NCBI GenBank assembly: GCA_964016885.1
Contig: OZ024743.1
Location: 23,498,001 to 23,562,000, forward strand
Length of the DNA stretch: 64,000 nucleotides
DNA from: Eledone cirrhosa
Taxonomy: Eukaryota
Reading direction: 5' to 3'
Below, in pieces: positions 1 through 12,302 of the stretch (position 1 is its first letter; the number at the start of each line of letters is the position of its first letter). The position numbers and the translations under genes were made by a program. The notes under the pieces were generated by a model that was not told the DNA's origin, ran no database searches, and was given only the letters and a program-made list of their open reading frames with translations.

Positions 1-7
1 GCCATTC

Positions 8-272
<265 letters not shown>

Positions 273-1288
273 TAGAGTTAAACAAGATTCAATGATTACA
301 TCAAAGAATGAGTTTTACAGTAGATTGGAAGCACTCTACAAAAAAAATAATTTTACAAAGTTATTAATATTAAAATATAAATATTAATAAAATAGATGTT
401 CTTTGAGATTTTTATAGGTAATTTTCGTTAAAGATTACATTTAGGAAAATATTCAACAGTGTAAATTTTCCTTTCGCTGGCCAGGTAAATCCTTTAAATT
501 TTATCCTCATAAATTCAGAAGTTTAGAAATGTTAACACACATTTATAAAATTTATAAAACTAATAAATATAAATAACCATCAACTTTTAAAAAAACCTAA
601 AATCTTGATTCTTCACCCTTAAAATAACATAAATTAAATATTTTGAAACTTAACCGTTTAGCTTTTAGGGGAAAAAAATCTCTTTCTGCATATATTACTC
701 CCCTTTATCTTTCTCTCTCTTTAAATCCTCTTTCAGCGGCCTTCATAAACAGTTATAATTCCTAGATAACCATAACTTGTAGTATCCTACATTTTAAAAT
801 CTCTATAGCTGTCACATTAACCAACGTTTTTCTTACTCACACATTCTCTATTGAATTTATTACGTTTTCGCATTTTCTCATTATTAGGGTATAAACGTTG
901 AGGTTTCTCTTAGGTTAATCACTACCTTGATTAAATCTTAACCATTTAACATCTCAGGGTATGTCATGTATCATTATATTTTGTCAGGGCGGTGGATTGG
1001 CAGTATCGGTAGAGGGTCAGACACCATGCTTTCCAGCATAGTTACGTCCCTTTACGATCTGAGTTCAAATCCCGCCGAGGTTGACTTTGCCTTTCATCCT
1101 TACGAGGTCGATAAAATAAAGTACCAGTAATGCACTGGGATAATTGATGGCCTTGTGCCAAAAGTAGAAACAATTATATTTTGTCTGTTGAGGACGTACT
1201 GTTGTACCTCTGAAATATGTATAATAAAATTTAATTGATCAAAAGAACATCTATTTTATTAATATTTGTATTTTAATATATATATATA
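273..1288 (+). mobile_element. Penelope-like terminal (pLTR) remnant between (TA)n tracts, interrupted by a SINE
   Basis: About 367-405 is the reverse complement of about 1242-1279 (aaagaacatctattttattaatattt). A degenerate hammerhead-like CTGTTGA..GAAA lies at about 1185-1215, followed by AATAAA. Confidence 0.5.
986..1172 (+). mobile_element. tRNA-derived SINE, family 1 (central GCCTTTCATCC..GGTCGATAAAATAAAGTACCAG block), with 13-bp TSD
   Basis: A-box-like tggcagtatcgg and B box gagttcaaatcc. TSD attatattttgtc at 973-985 and 1173-1185. Further copies at about 24969, 31098, 59628 and 60986. Confidence 0.9.
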
Positions 1289-1289
1289 T

Positions 1290-1460
1290 CATTTTTTCAT
1301 CATTTCATTTTACGTCCGCTTTTTCCCTGCTTGCATGGCTGGGACGGGATACTGACTTGATTTCTACAGCTGGATGCCCTTCCTAACACCAACCTCATTT
1401 ACAGTGAGTGATGGGTGCTTTTTTTTGCCGTGGCACCTCCACGACCACTTTGCAGTGGAA
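1290..1460 (-). mobile_element. RTE-tail SINE / RTE 3' UTR repeat
   Basis: tttctacagctggatgcccttcctaacaccaacc motif shared with 3275-3545, 4490-4690, 6280-6515 and 8090-8365. Confidence 0.7.
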
Positions 1461-1479
1461 TGATATGGACCCCAGTCCC

Positions 1480-1630
1480 TATCATCTCATTTCTACAGCT
1501 GAGTAAACTGGAGCAATGTGAAATAAAGTGTCTTGCTCAAGGAAACAACACATCACCCGGTCTGAGAATTGAACTCACAACCTTTCGATTGCAAGGCCAA
1601 TGCTCTAACCACTAAGCCATGTGCCTCCAT
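1480..1630 (-). mobile_element. tRNA-derived SINE, family 2
   Basis: The minus strand has A box tggcttagtggttagagc, B box gagttcaattc and a downstream ttgagcaagacacttt block. Confidence 0.75.
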
Positions 1631-1896
1631 TGTATGTTTATTATAATATTGATTAACTGGTTATGAAGAGCTTTGAACTTCAACTGTCTGGTAATAACTT
1701 GTTAAGTTTTATCCGTAGTAAGCATCACATCATTTTTTTTATTTTTATTTCAGATATAAAGTATCTAGGACTACATTATTCAATATGTTCTTCCTTTTCT
1801 TGAAAGGCAGATGAAGTATGGTTTGAAGGTGATTTGGCTAATATTTCTAGCAGGTTGAGTAACTATATTGAGGTTCCCTCTTTAGATAAAGATTAA

Positions 1897-2100
1897 CCCT
1901 TTAGCATTTAAACTGGCCATATCCAGCCAGAATTCTCTCACCTCTGTCTGTTCAAACCGGCTGTAACTGGACACTCATACTGATGTTAAGGTATTGTTCT
2001 CAAAATAAATAACATCAAAATCTTATTGATTCAATATTATGTGAAGTAATTATGTGCGAAAATACAATAGTAAATATAGAGTTATGTGAATGCTAAAGGG
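1897..2100. mobile_element. piggyBac-type MITE
   Basis: TIRs ccctttagcatt / aatgctaaaggg with TTAA on both sides (1893-1896, 2101-2104). Confidence 0.85.
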
Positions 2101-2132
2101 TTAAGCCAATGGATATAAATAAATGTTCTTAC

Positions 2133-2231
2133 ATAATTGATATCTTCTGCTGTTATTGTAGTGCATAAAACAGATAGTATGAGTATCATTATACAGGCTT
2201 ATGTCTTCGCTGACATTACATTGGTGTGGCA
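2133..2231 (-). CDS. Host gene coding exon (phase 1 to 1): (V)PHQCNVSEDISLYNDTHTICFMHYNNSRRYQL
   Basis: Acceptor aattcttgtttcag, donor gtaaga, 99 nt. Only one frame is open. Three N-glycosylation sequons. Phase matches the exon at 3786-3894. Confidence 0.75.
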
Positions 2232-2327
2232 CTGAAACAAGAATTACAAGTTATATGTATAAAAACACTCATTTATCATCATTAGTTTGCAACAACAACC
2301 AACACTAATATCATTAACAAAAGTAGA

Positions 2328-2470
2328 AGGTGGTGATGGTGGTGATGGTGGCGATGGTGGTGGTGGTGTTGTTGGTGGTGGCGGTGGTGGTGGTGGTGGC
2401 AGTGGTGGTGGTGGTGATGGCGGAGGTGGCGGTGGTGGTGGTTTTGGCAGTGGTGGCAGTGGTGGTGGTC
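2328..2470. repeat. (GGT)n trinucleotide repeat
   Basis: Imperfect GGT/GGC run that produces the poly-G/P/H/T ORFs. Confidence 0.95.
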
Positions 2471-2599
2471 GTCGTCGTGAAGGAGCCTTGACTGGAAAGT
2501 AGGCTGCTTGACAAATGCGCAAAATGCTTTTCTTTGCCAAGAGACCTTCAATTAGTTTCAATGAATCACTCAGGGTATATTTACTGTGCAGCAGCCAGT

Positions 2600-3260
2600 T
2601 TTTTTAAGGTCCATAGATTCCATCTCTTGCATCAACCTACATGAAGACATCAGAAAATTCCTGATATTACTCCTTTGTAACTGTTTGTCCAACTGGTGTA
2701 TATTTGTTATGCATGCCATGGTAATCGAAGAAAATAGTCAGCATCACCTTTATTTTGCTCCACACGTGACATGCGTTTTTGGATCTTGACAACTTTGGAT
2801 GTTTCATTGTGATGACTGATCTTTGGTTTCCAGGTCATACCCATACATGCACATTTTATTTCCAATTATCATGCTACTCAGGAATTCCGGATCTTTGTGA
2901 GCAGTATTGGGTGAAATGAAAATGCAACAAGTAGCACAGCACTTTACACACTGGCTGCATGACAGTGATGGGTGCATCCAGCAAACCCACCAAAAACCAT
3001 GCATGTACATGAATGTATGCAACTCCACCTGCACAATTGTGTCTCCTTAATACCATTACTTCCCACAAGATAAAATAATGTCTGTTCTTTTCATCAGACC
3101 ACGTACATCAAATAAGAAGCAGTTGTTGCCTACATGAACATCATAGGTACCTTAATCATCATTTTTACTCACATTGGTTGATGGTTTCTTTTCCATACAG
3201 CATCTTGTCACATGTTGGATCTTGCTACAATACCAAATTTCCTAACTTCGGTATGTGTTA
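2600..3260 (-). mobile_element. Degenerate mariner transposase remnant
   Basis: DPEFLSSMIIGNKMCMYGYDLETKDQSSQ* matches the mariner ITGDETWVYGYDPETKQQSSQW block. It continues SKIKVMLTIFFD...GQTVTKE*Y. Confidence 0.8.
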
Positions 3261-3274
3261 GTTGTTTGGGACAA

Positions 3275-3545
3275 TCATCATCACCGTTTAACGTCCAATT
3301 TTTCATGCTGGCATAGGTTAGACGAGTTATCCTGTTGTCAGCAATGCTAGGTCAGGAGACCATGTCATGCTCATACAGAACCGATTTTGGCTTGGTTTCT
3401 ACAGCTGGATGCCCTTTCTCGCACCTACCTCATTTACAGTAAGTACTCGGTGCTTTTTGTCGCGATGCCAACTCGACCACTTTACAGTGTGGGCTGGGTA
3501 CTTTTGCCGTACTTGACGATTTTACAGCGTGGACTGGGTTTGATT
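3275..3545 (-). mobile_element. RTE-tail SINE copy
   Basis: (CAT)n tail, tttctacagctggatgccc motif and repeated tttacagtgtgg units. Confidence 0.7.
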
Positions 3546-3785
3546 TTATGAAGCTCAGATAAGAAAGCTGTAAAGAATGTCTATCTGATCTCCAGGTAAT
3601 GTAACTAATGATAAGCTCTCATTCTATCCAGGGTAATCAGTGGTTTATTAATGTTATTTTCTTAAAACTAGGAAAATACAGTGAAGCTAAATACTGAACT
3701 ATATGAGCAACATGGTGTCCCTGCAGAAACTTTAGGTTTTATGAAACAATTAAAATAAGTAGACAATATAAGAAATTTGTGTTAC

Positions 3786-3894
3786 CAGTTCCCGTGATTT
3801 CAAACTTTATTTCACATTTTCTTGATTGAAAAACTGAAATATTCACTGATGATGCAGTTATATTCTTTAGTGTTATATCTGAAAAGTTATTCCA
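3786..3894 (-). CDS. Host gene coding exon (phase 0 to 1): WNNFSDITLKNITASSVNISVFQSRKCEIKFEITGT
   Basis: Acceptor attcttttttcag, donor G|gtaaca, 109 nt open. Sequons NFS, NIT and NIS. Bridges the phase-0 end of exon 13024-13229 and the phase-1 start of exon 2133-2231. Confidence 0.75.
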
Positions 3895-3924
3895 CTGAAA
3901 AAAGAATATATATATGTATATATG

Positions 3925-4002
<78 letters not shown>

Positions 4003-4439
4003 TTAAAACAATGAAATAAAAAATCAAGTCAATACAAATATACTTTTGAAAACACCTGATGATATGCATGTAAGTAAATATTCTCTTTATCTGATATTTT
4101 GTAACTAACGTTACATAGATCGATATCGAAGTATAGTTACGATGTATTATCATCACCTAGAAACGATTGTAAAGCAGTGAAGTATATTTCTATTGACTTG
4201 ATTTTTTTTATTTCATTGTTTTAACTTATATCATGACTCTGTTTTCCTTTTAATGTTTTATTGTTTTTCCGGGATTTATTTTAACCTACAACATTTTCAA
4301 CATATGGATTACATTGAGTTCTTCATGCAGACTAGACCCCACAACTTACCGTGGATATCTCTGTGTGTATATATATATATATATATATACGTTATGTGGT
4401 ACCACAACATCCAGTCCGTAACAAATGAGGTCGTGTAGG

Positions 4440-4690
4440 TGTCACGACAAAAAACACACAGTCCACGCTGTAATGTGGCCGTGTAGGTAACACGGTAAAA
4501 CCTCCCAGTCCACACTGTAAACGTGGTTGGTGTTAGGAAGGGCATCCAGCCGTAGAAAACCTGCCAGACAGCCCTATGCGAGCAAGACAACCACTCTTGC
4601 CTCAAGTGGGAAAACTCCCGTCCAAACCCATGCAAGCGTGGAAGATGGACGTTAAACGATGATGATGATGATAATGATGATGATGATGAT
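4440..4690 (+). mobile_element. RTE-tail SINE copy with (GAT)n tail
   Basis: gttaggaagggcatccagccgtagaaa...ggacgttaaac followed by (gat)n. Confidence 0.75.
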
Positions 4691-5448
4691 ACATCTATCT
4701 ATATTTACATCTATCCACATTTAATGATCATAAATAACTATTCGCAATAACATTAACAACATTAATACTACTCTTATTAGTCTCTTCAACGCATTTATTT
4801 ATTTATTCTCATCTCTATGTTTCAGATATTATACCATTTTATATAACAATAGATGTAAATTGTTTATTTACTCATCTATCTGTTTATTTATTTATCTATC
4901 CTTTTATTTATGTATTTATTTATTTATTTGTTTCTCTGCTTAAATCTCTATTTTTACTTGCTTTCATTCTTGTATTAATGTATATTCGCCTGTCTGTTTA
5001 TCTCCCTTCCTCTCTCCATCCTATCTCTGTCTGTATTCATCAACAATTACTCATCCGGTCGCACGCCTTAATTCTTCTGTCTTCCACATGATGTCTCTAC
5101 CTGCTTTTCTTTTTCCTTCTTCATCTTTCTCTATCTCTTTCTCTTTTTCCTTATTCATCCTTCTTTTTCTTCCCTACCTTTACTACATCTATACCCCCTC
5201 TTTTCTTTCTATCTGTATCTTTATTATTAATATTATCTTTATTTTGATGTGATAGTTTGATATAGTAATTTTGCCGGTTATGCATTTAACTGTATTTTCG
5301 CTTTCTATTCCGTCTTTCTTTTTTCCTCCTCCTTTCCATCTGTCCCGCTTCCTTTATTTCTCTCTATATCTTTATTATTAATATTATTATTGATGTAGTA
5401 ATTTGAATTTATAAATTTACCGTTACGCATATATTTTGTATTTTTTCT

Positions 5449-5549
5449 CAGTTCTCTGACGAAATGATAGAGATTGCATGTATTTTAAATTGAGTACCAC
5501 TGTTTAGCAATTTTTAGACAACTCTATCATAGAAACAATTGTTAGACTG
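5449..5549 (+). ncRNA. Type I hammerhead ribozyme motif with long stem II
   Basis: cagttct-CTGACGA-a-atgatagag...ctctatcat-a-GAAA-c-aatt-g-TT-agactg. Palindromic loop III. AATAAA follows at about 5552. Confidence 0.7.
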
Positions 5550-5619
5550 TAAATAAATTTCCTTGTTTGTACTGTTGACTATGTTATTCTTCACTTTTTC
5601 AATTCAGCAACCGACCACA

Positions 5620-6520
5620 GGAAACAAGCACCACAAAACTCTGGGAGGGCTCTGTAGAAACAGTAGACAGCTTCTGCTACCTAGGTGACCGAATTAGCAG
5701 TGTAGGTGGGAGTTCGGAAAGTACAATAACTAGGGTAAGAACGGGATGGAAGAAGTTCAGGGAGCTACTACCACTGCTAGCTGCAAAAGACTTTTCCCTC
5801 AAAATGAAAGGCAGACTGTATGATGCATGTATACGAACAGCAATGTTACATGGAAGTGAAACCTGGGTGCTGTCTGTAGAAGACTTGCACAGATTAGAAA
5901 AAACGAAGCTTGCATGCTCCGATGGATGTGTAATAGTAATATACGTGAACGGCAAAGTATAAGCGATTTGAGAGAGAGACTGAGCATAAGAGGAATCAAA
6001 TGCTATGTGCAAGAGAGGAGGTTACATTGGTATGGACATGTGATGCGTATGAAGGATGACAGCTGCATAAAAAGGTGCAGAGCACTAGAAGTCGATGGAA
6101 GCCACGGAGTGGGGAGACCTAAGAATACCTGGGATGAGTTGATAAAGGCCGACCTTACACAATTGCACCTCTCAAGGGCAATGACACACGACCGTGACCT
6201 CTGGTGTCACGCAGTAATACAGAAGACCCGACTCCCCACAGGAACAAGCCAAAGTTGAAGCATATAGACAATATGCCCCCCCCCCCCCCACACTATAAAG
6301 TGGTTGTGGAGGTGCCACAGCAAAAAAGCACCCAGCCCACACTGTAAAGTGGACGTGTAGGCGCCACGGAAAAAAATCACCCAGCACTCACTGTAAATGA
6401 GGTTGGTGTTAGGAAGGGCATCCAGCCAGAATCAGTTCCTGTATGAGCAAGACAAGGTCAGCCGACTGTACACTGCTCACAACAGGACAACCCGTCTAAC
6501 CCATGCTAGCGTGGAAGAAC
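5620..6520 (+). mobile_element. RTE-clade LINE, 3' part (RT C-terminus and 3' UTR)
   Basis: VDSFCYLGD...MLHGSETW...RRLHWYGHVMRM...GRPKNTW motifs, with a frameshift. Confidence 0.9.
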
Positions 6521-8010
6521 GTGCAAGGCAATTTCCCTGAGGGGATCTGGGTTCTGTTTTCTCGTCTACTTACAAGGACCTTAGTCTTTGTCAGGTTGAC
6601 TTTGAGATCCTTTCTTTCTAGTCCCTGCTTCCAAGTTTGGAATTTCTTCTCTAGTTCTACCATAGATTCAGCTATAAGTGCGAGGTCGTCTGCATACAGG
6701 AGTTCCCATGGGCATCCGGTCTTAAACTCCTCTGTTATTGCCTGCAGGACTATGATGAACAGGAGCGGGTTAAGAACAGAGCCCTGGTGGACACCAACCT
6801 GTACGCTAAATTCCTCGCTATACTCATTGCTAATCCTAACTTTGCTGACTGTTCCCCTATACATGGTTTGTACAGCTTTCACAAACCATTCATCTACTCC
6901 TAGTTTTCTAAGGGCCCACCAGATTATAGCACGAGGAACTATGTCAAAGGCTTTCTCGAGATTGACGAATGCCAGGCAGAGTGGCTTACTTTTAGCTAGG
7001 TACTTTTCCTGTAACTGCCTCACAAGTAAGAGGGCATCAGTGGTTCCTCTTCCTGGTACAAACCCAAATTGCGTCTCATCTAGTTTCACCCAGTTCCTAA
7101 TCAACTGTGCTATAACTCTTTCTGTTACTTTGATGACCTGGTCCATCAGCTTTATACCTCTATAGTTTCCTCTGTCTAGTGCATCACCTTTACCTTTGTA
7201 GCAGTTGACAATGATGCTACTGCACCAATCCTTTGGTATGACGCCTTCTAGTATTACCTGGTTAACAATACGTGAGGTTATAGTGTCACCTGCCGACCCA
7301 GATGCCTTCAGCATCTCGGCAGCTATACCCGATGGACCGGTTGCCTTCCCCGTCTTCATATCTTTGATTGCCTTACTTACTACGCTGCTGCTGACTTGTA
7401 CTGCCGGACCCTCTATAGGGTCTACTTGAGGTAGGGTCTCTTCTTCCCATGCATTCTCCTCATTTAGTAATCTATCATAATGGCTCTTCCACGCATCTTT
7501 CTTCTCAGCACTTGTGAGGGCAAGCTCACCTTTATCATGCCGGATACACTTCTCTCCAATTACATCAATTCTCTCTGACACACTGCCTCGCAATCTTGAA
7601 CACCTCTTGTTTCTGGTCCTCACGTTACAAAACATGCTTGAATTTTCTATCCTCGGCTTCCCTCCTAGCTAAGTATACTTGTTGCCTAGCTTCCCTCTTG
7701 GTCTCTATGTAATGTACCCTGCTCCCCCCATTCTTCCATTCTTTCCATGCCTGTCTCTTGGCCTTAACTGCCTCATCTACCTTATTGTTCCACCACCAAG
7801 CCACTCTCCTCCTGCCTGTGGTCTTACTCTAGCCACAGATCTCATCCGTCGCCTCTAATAAGTTATTTTTTAGGAACTCCCAGTGCTCTTCTACATTGAA
7901 TGTCACTATATGTTCTTCTTTACTGTCGTAGGCGTTGAGTAAAATATCTTTAAATCTGTTACTGGCTGAGGGGTCTTTCAGTTTCCAGATCTTTCTTCTC
8001 CCGGTTGGCT
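6521..8010 (-). mobile_element. RTE-clade LINE, RT core
   Basis: ORF 6496-7635 has KATGPSG, YKGKGD..NYRGIKL, QFGFVPGRGTTDA, EKAFD, GVHQGSVLNP and LLYADD. Upstream is a WWNNKV motif. Confidence 0.95.
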
Positions 8011-8089
8011 TCTATATCTACAAATATGTTTATATATATATATATATATGTATATGTATATGTACATATATATACATATGTATATATCA

Positions 8090-8365
8090 TCATCATCAAC
8101 ATCACCATTTACCATCCATTTTCAACGCTACCATGGGTTAGACAAGTTGCCTCGTTGTAAGACAAGCCAGGTTAGATGACCATATCTTGCTCACACAGAA
8201 CTGATTTCAGCTTGGTTTATACAGTTAGATGCCATTCCTAATGCCAACCACATTTACAGTGCGGACTGGATGCCATCTATCATGACATCAAAATGACGAC
8301 TTTATAGTATGGGCTGGGCGCTTTTTGTAACAGTACCAAAATGACCACTTTACAATCTGGACTGG
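8090..8365 (-). mobile_element. RTE-tail SINE copy
   Basis: Same motif family as 3275-3545. Confidence 0.65.
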
Positions 8366-8639
8366 AGGCTTGGGTGGGGGAGGTAGATCTAGGGTGGGAG
8401 TGGGGGACTTATCTGGTGAGGGCTGGGGTGTTAGGTCATGGGTGGAGTGTTGGGACATGGGTGAGGTGTTATAACATGGGTGGAGCAATAATGAAATAAA
8501 GAATAAGGATGAAAGAATACAATAGTGAGATTTAAATACCTTGGTTATGTTAAAAAAAAATTACAAAAACAAGAATGTATGGTCAAGGTGGGTATATGTC
8601 TATGGGATGCATGTTTTTACAATAGCATGGTATTTGATT

Positions 8640-10375
8640 TCTCTACACAGGACCATAATTAAAAAAGTAAAATTTAATGAACATACTAATAAGTTCCAAG
8701 ACCTCAAGGAGCAACTACTCCTTTGCAAAAACTCAAGGAATCTACTCGTATGGGCCAATAAAACCAGGAACATCTACAAATTAGATAAATTTGCATATGA
8801 TTCACTACTGCCCAATAACATCACGGATACCTACAAAAACACCAATCACAGTGTGTACAACAACATCAACAATGAAACGAAAACGCTTGCTACACAGCTA
8901 GAAATAGCAGACAGTTGAACGACTCGAACCCCTACCACTTGCTGAAGGACCATAAAGAAAATGTTACTGCAAACCCAAAATTTCGTCTAATCAACCCCAT
9001 GAAGATTGAAATGGGTAAAGTCAGCAAGCAAATTCTCGATAATATAAACACCACAATCAGGGGATCTACCAATCTCAAGCAATGGAACTGCAGCAGTGCC
9101 ACCATCAAATGGTTCAACAATATAGACGACAAACATAACTGAAAGTTCATACAATTCGACATTATCGATTTCTACCCATCTATCTCTCTCAAGCTACTCA
9201 TCCAGTCCCTGGAATTCGGAAAAACTACACCACCATAACAGACAACGACATACAAATTATTTTAAGTACGAGCAAGTCATTGCTGTACAACAAAGACACT
9301 TTCTGGGTTAAGAAACACGGTGACGAGCTCTTCAGCATTGCAATGGGTAGTTTTGACAGTGCAGAGGTGAGTGACCTAGTCAGTCTATACCTGTTACACA
9401 CCCTGAAGAATGAGCTCCCAGGAGTTGAACTTGGTCTGAACAGAGAAAATGAACTCGGTATAGCCTGCAACTGTAATGGAAAGGATATGGTTAAGCTGAG
9501 AAAAACCCTAATTGGCAGTGAGACAGCTAAGCCTAACATCTACTGTTATAACCAACCTAAAAATTGCAGATTTCCTGAATAAACCCTGGATCTAAGCACG
9601 GGCCTACACCGACCATTTCACAAAACAAACAGAGACTGCAGCTACATCAACAAAGGCTCCAACCATCCACCCAACATTACGTACCAGATAGTAAAGAATG
9701 TGAGCAGGCGGATATCCAGCCTATCTTCCAATAGACAGATATTCAACACGGCTTCGCCCTACTTCAACCATGCATTAAAAAAATGGTTTTAGTGGGAGGT
9801 TAACATATATCCCACCCACCCATACCAACAGAACACACAGAACCAGGAAAATCATTTGGTAAACCCCCCTACAGTATCAATGTATCTACCAACATAGCCA
9901 GATACTTCCTTTCCCTTATAAGAAAGCATTTCCCCATCACGCACCACTACTATATGATTTTCAACAAGAATACAATTAAGGTGAGCTACAGCTGCCTCAA
10001 TAGTATAGGATCCCAAATCATGAACAAGCATGCCACACAAACTAACAATGCATCTCAGACATCCCAGGAGTGTAATTGTAGAGACCAAACTCAATGCCCA
10101 CTGAAGAATAAATACCTGACCAGGGAGCTCGTATACAAAGCAGAAATACAAGGGAAAATCTACATTAGACTGACTAAAATTACATTTAAATCCTGCTTTT
10201 CTCAATATCTGTATACATTCAATAACAGACAATTACAGAATACAACATCTGTCAAAATATATTTGGCAATTGAAAGGCAGCAGGATGACAAACACTACAA
10301 TCAAATGGAGTATTGTGACAAAGGTGAAAGCCTACAATGGACGAGGCACGAGATGCCACTTATGTACCACTATCA
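8640..10375 (+). mobile_element. Degenerate Penelope-like element (RT and GIY-YIG, CxCx5C linker)
   Basis: NPKFRLINP, FDIIDFYPSIS, AMGSFDSAEV, SNHPP, NPP and CNCRDQTQCPL..LVYKA..IYIRLT. Many stops and frameshifts. Confidence 0.88.
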
Positions 10376-10384
10376 ATTTTGATA

Positions 10385-10910
10385 GTTGGTTTCTCTGTTG
10401 GGTTGACTAGGAGTAGTCTCTCTTCCTCCCATTCATTCTCTACATTCATCAACATCTCATAATAGCATTTCCAAGCCTACTTCTTTAGATTGTCATTTTC
10501 AACACACTTTTCCCCAACAAAAGCCTGGTTTTCACTGACACACTGCTTACAATGCAGAATGCCTCAAGTTTCTGTTCTCCACATTGCAAGACATTAGCAA
10601 ACCTCCTGCTTTTAGCTTCTTTGCATGCTATGCATACCTGCCATCTAATTTCTATTTTAGCTATCTGGTGCTATCTGTCCAGCCTTTACATGCCTTTTTT
10701 TTTAACATGTCTTACCACCAGGTCACTAGCCACAAGTTTCATAAGTAGCGTATAGTAGGTTGTCTCATAGTAACATTCAATTGTCCTCTATGTTATATGT
10801 ATCTAACTCCCTCTACCTTTTGTCATATGCATCCCAAAGAGCTTTTCTGAGACTATATTCAACAGAGTTGCCCTTTAGTTTCCATACACTCCTTCTCCAT
10901 ACTTGTCAGC
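10385..10910 (-). mobile_element. Old RTE LINE fragment
   Basis: Minus strand reads AWKCYYEMLMNVENEWE, homologous to AWKSHYDRLLNEENAWE in the 6521-8010 element. Confidence 0.7.
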
Positions 10911-11090
10911 ATTTCTTGTTCTGTCTTGTATTTATTATGATGTCATGAATAAGTAATATACCGTATACCCTCTTATTTAAGCCAAAACATATGTAACATA
11001 AAAAAAAATTGATGATAAAATGGGGGTCAACTTATATTCAATGTCAAATTCCACGTAAATGGGGTACTAAAATATTTTTGCTTTGGAGAT

Positions 11091-12302
11091 GAAAATTACA
11101 TCGATTTCACTTTGGATGTGAATATTACACTGGTTTCACTTTGGCAGTGAATATTACACTGGTTTCACTTTGGCAGTGAATATTACACTGGTTTCACTTT
11201 GGAAGTGAATATTACACTGGTTTCACTTTGGCAGTGAATATTACACTGGTTTCACTTTGGAAGTGAATATTACACTGGTTTCACTTTGGAAGTGAATATT
11301 ACACTGGTTTCACTTTGGCAGTGAATATTACACTGGTTTCACTTTGGCAGTGAATATTACACTGGTTTCACTTTGGAAGTGAATATTACACTGGTTTCAC
11401 TTTGGCAGTGAATATTACACTGGTTTCACTTTGGAGATGAATATTACACTGGTTTCACTTTGGCAGTGAATATTACACTGGTTTCACTTTGGCAGTGAAT
11501 ATTACACTGGTTTCACTTTGGAAGTGAATATTACACTGGTTTCACTTTGGAAGTGAATATTACACTGGTTTCACTTTGGAGATGAATATTACACTGGTTT
11601 CACTTTGGCAGTGAATATTACACTGGTTTCACTTTGGCAGTGAATATTACACTGGTTTCACTTTGGAAGTGAATATTACACTGGTTTCACTTTGGAGATG
11701 AATATTACACTGGTTTCACTTTGGCAGTGAATATTACACTGGTTTCACTTTGGCAGTGAATATTACACTGGTTTCACTTTGGAAGTGAATATTACACTGG
11801 TTTCACTTTGGAGATGAATATTACACTGGTTTCACTTTGGCAGTGAATATTACACTGGTTTCACTTTGGCAGTGAATATTACACTGGTTTCACTTTGGCA
11901 GTGAATATTACACTGGTTTCACTTTGGCAGTGAATATTACACTGGTTTCACTTTGGCAGTGAATATTACACTGGTTTCACTTTGGCAGTGAATATTACAC
12001 TGGTTTCACTTTGGAGATGAATATTACACTGGTTTCACTTTGGCAGTGAATATTACACTGGTTTCACTTTGGCAGTGAATATTACACTGGTTTCACTTTG
12101 GCAGTGAATATTACACTGGTTTCACTTTGGCAGTGAATATTACACTGGTTTCACTTTGGCAGTGAATATTACACTGGTTTCACTTTGGAAGTGAATATTA
12201 CACTGGTTTCACTTTGGAAGTGAATATTACACTGGTTTCACTTTGGAAGTGAATATTACACTGGTTTCACTTTGGAGATGAATATTACACTGGTTTCACT
12301 TT
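11091..12302. repeat. 29-bp minisatellite, about 41-42 copies
   Basis: Unit gaatattacactggtttcactttgg(cag/aag/aga)t, head to tail, with no unique spacers. Confidence 0.97.

Noticed and set aside
986-1075. tRNA genes at the SINE heads
   Set aside because: A and B boxes are present but there is no cloverleaf. They are followed by a SINE body, tail and TSD.
2244-2561. Poly-Pro/His/Gly/Thr ORFs, and all the YIYI, CVCV, HTHT, RERE and poly-K ORFs
   Set aside because: They are translations of microsatellites.
11091-12302. 29-bp repeat array as a CRISPR array
   Set aside because: The units are contiguous with no unique spacers, there are no cas genes, and the context is eukaryotic.
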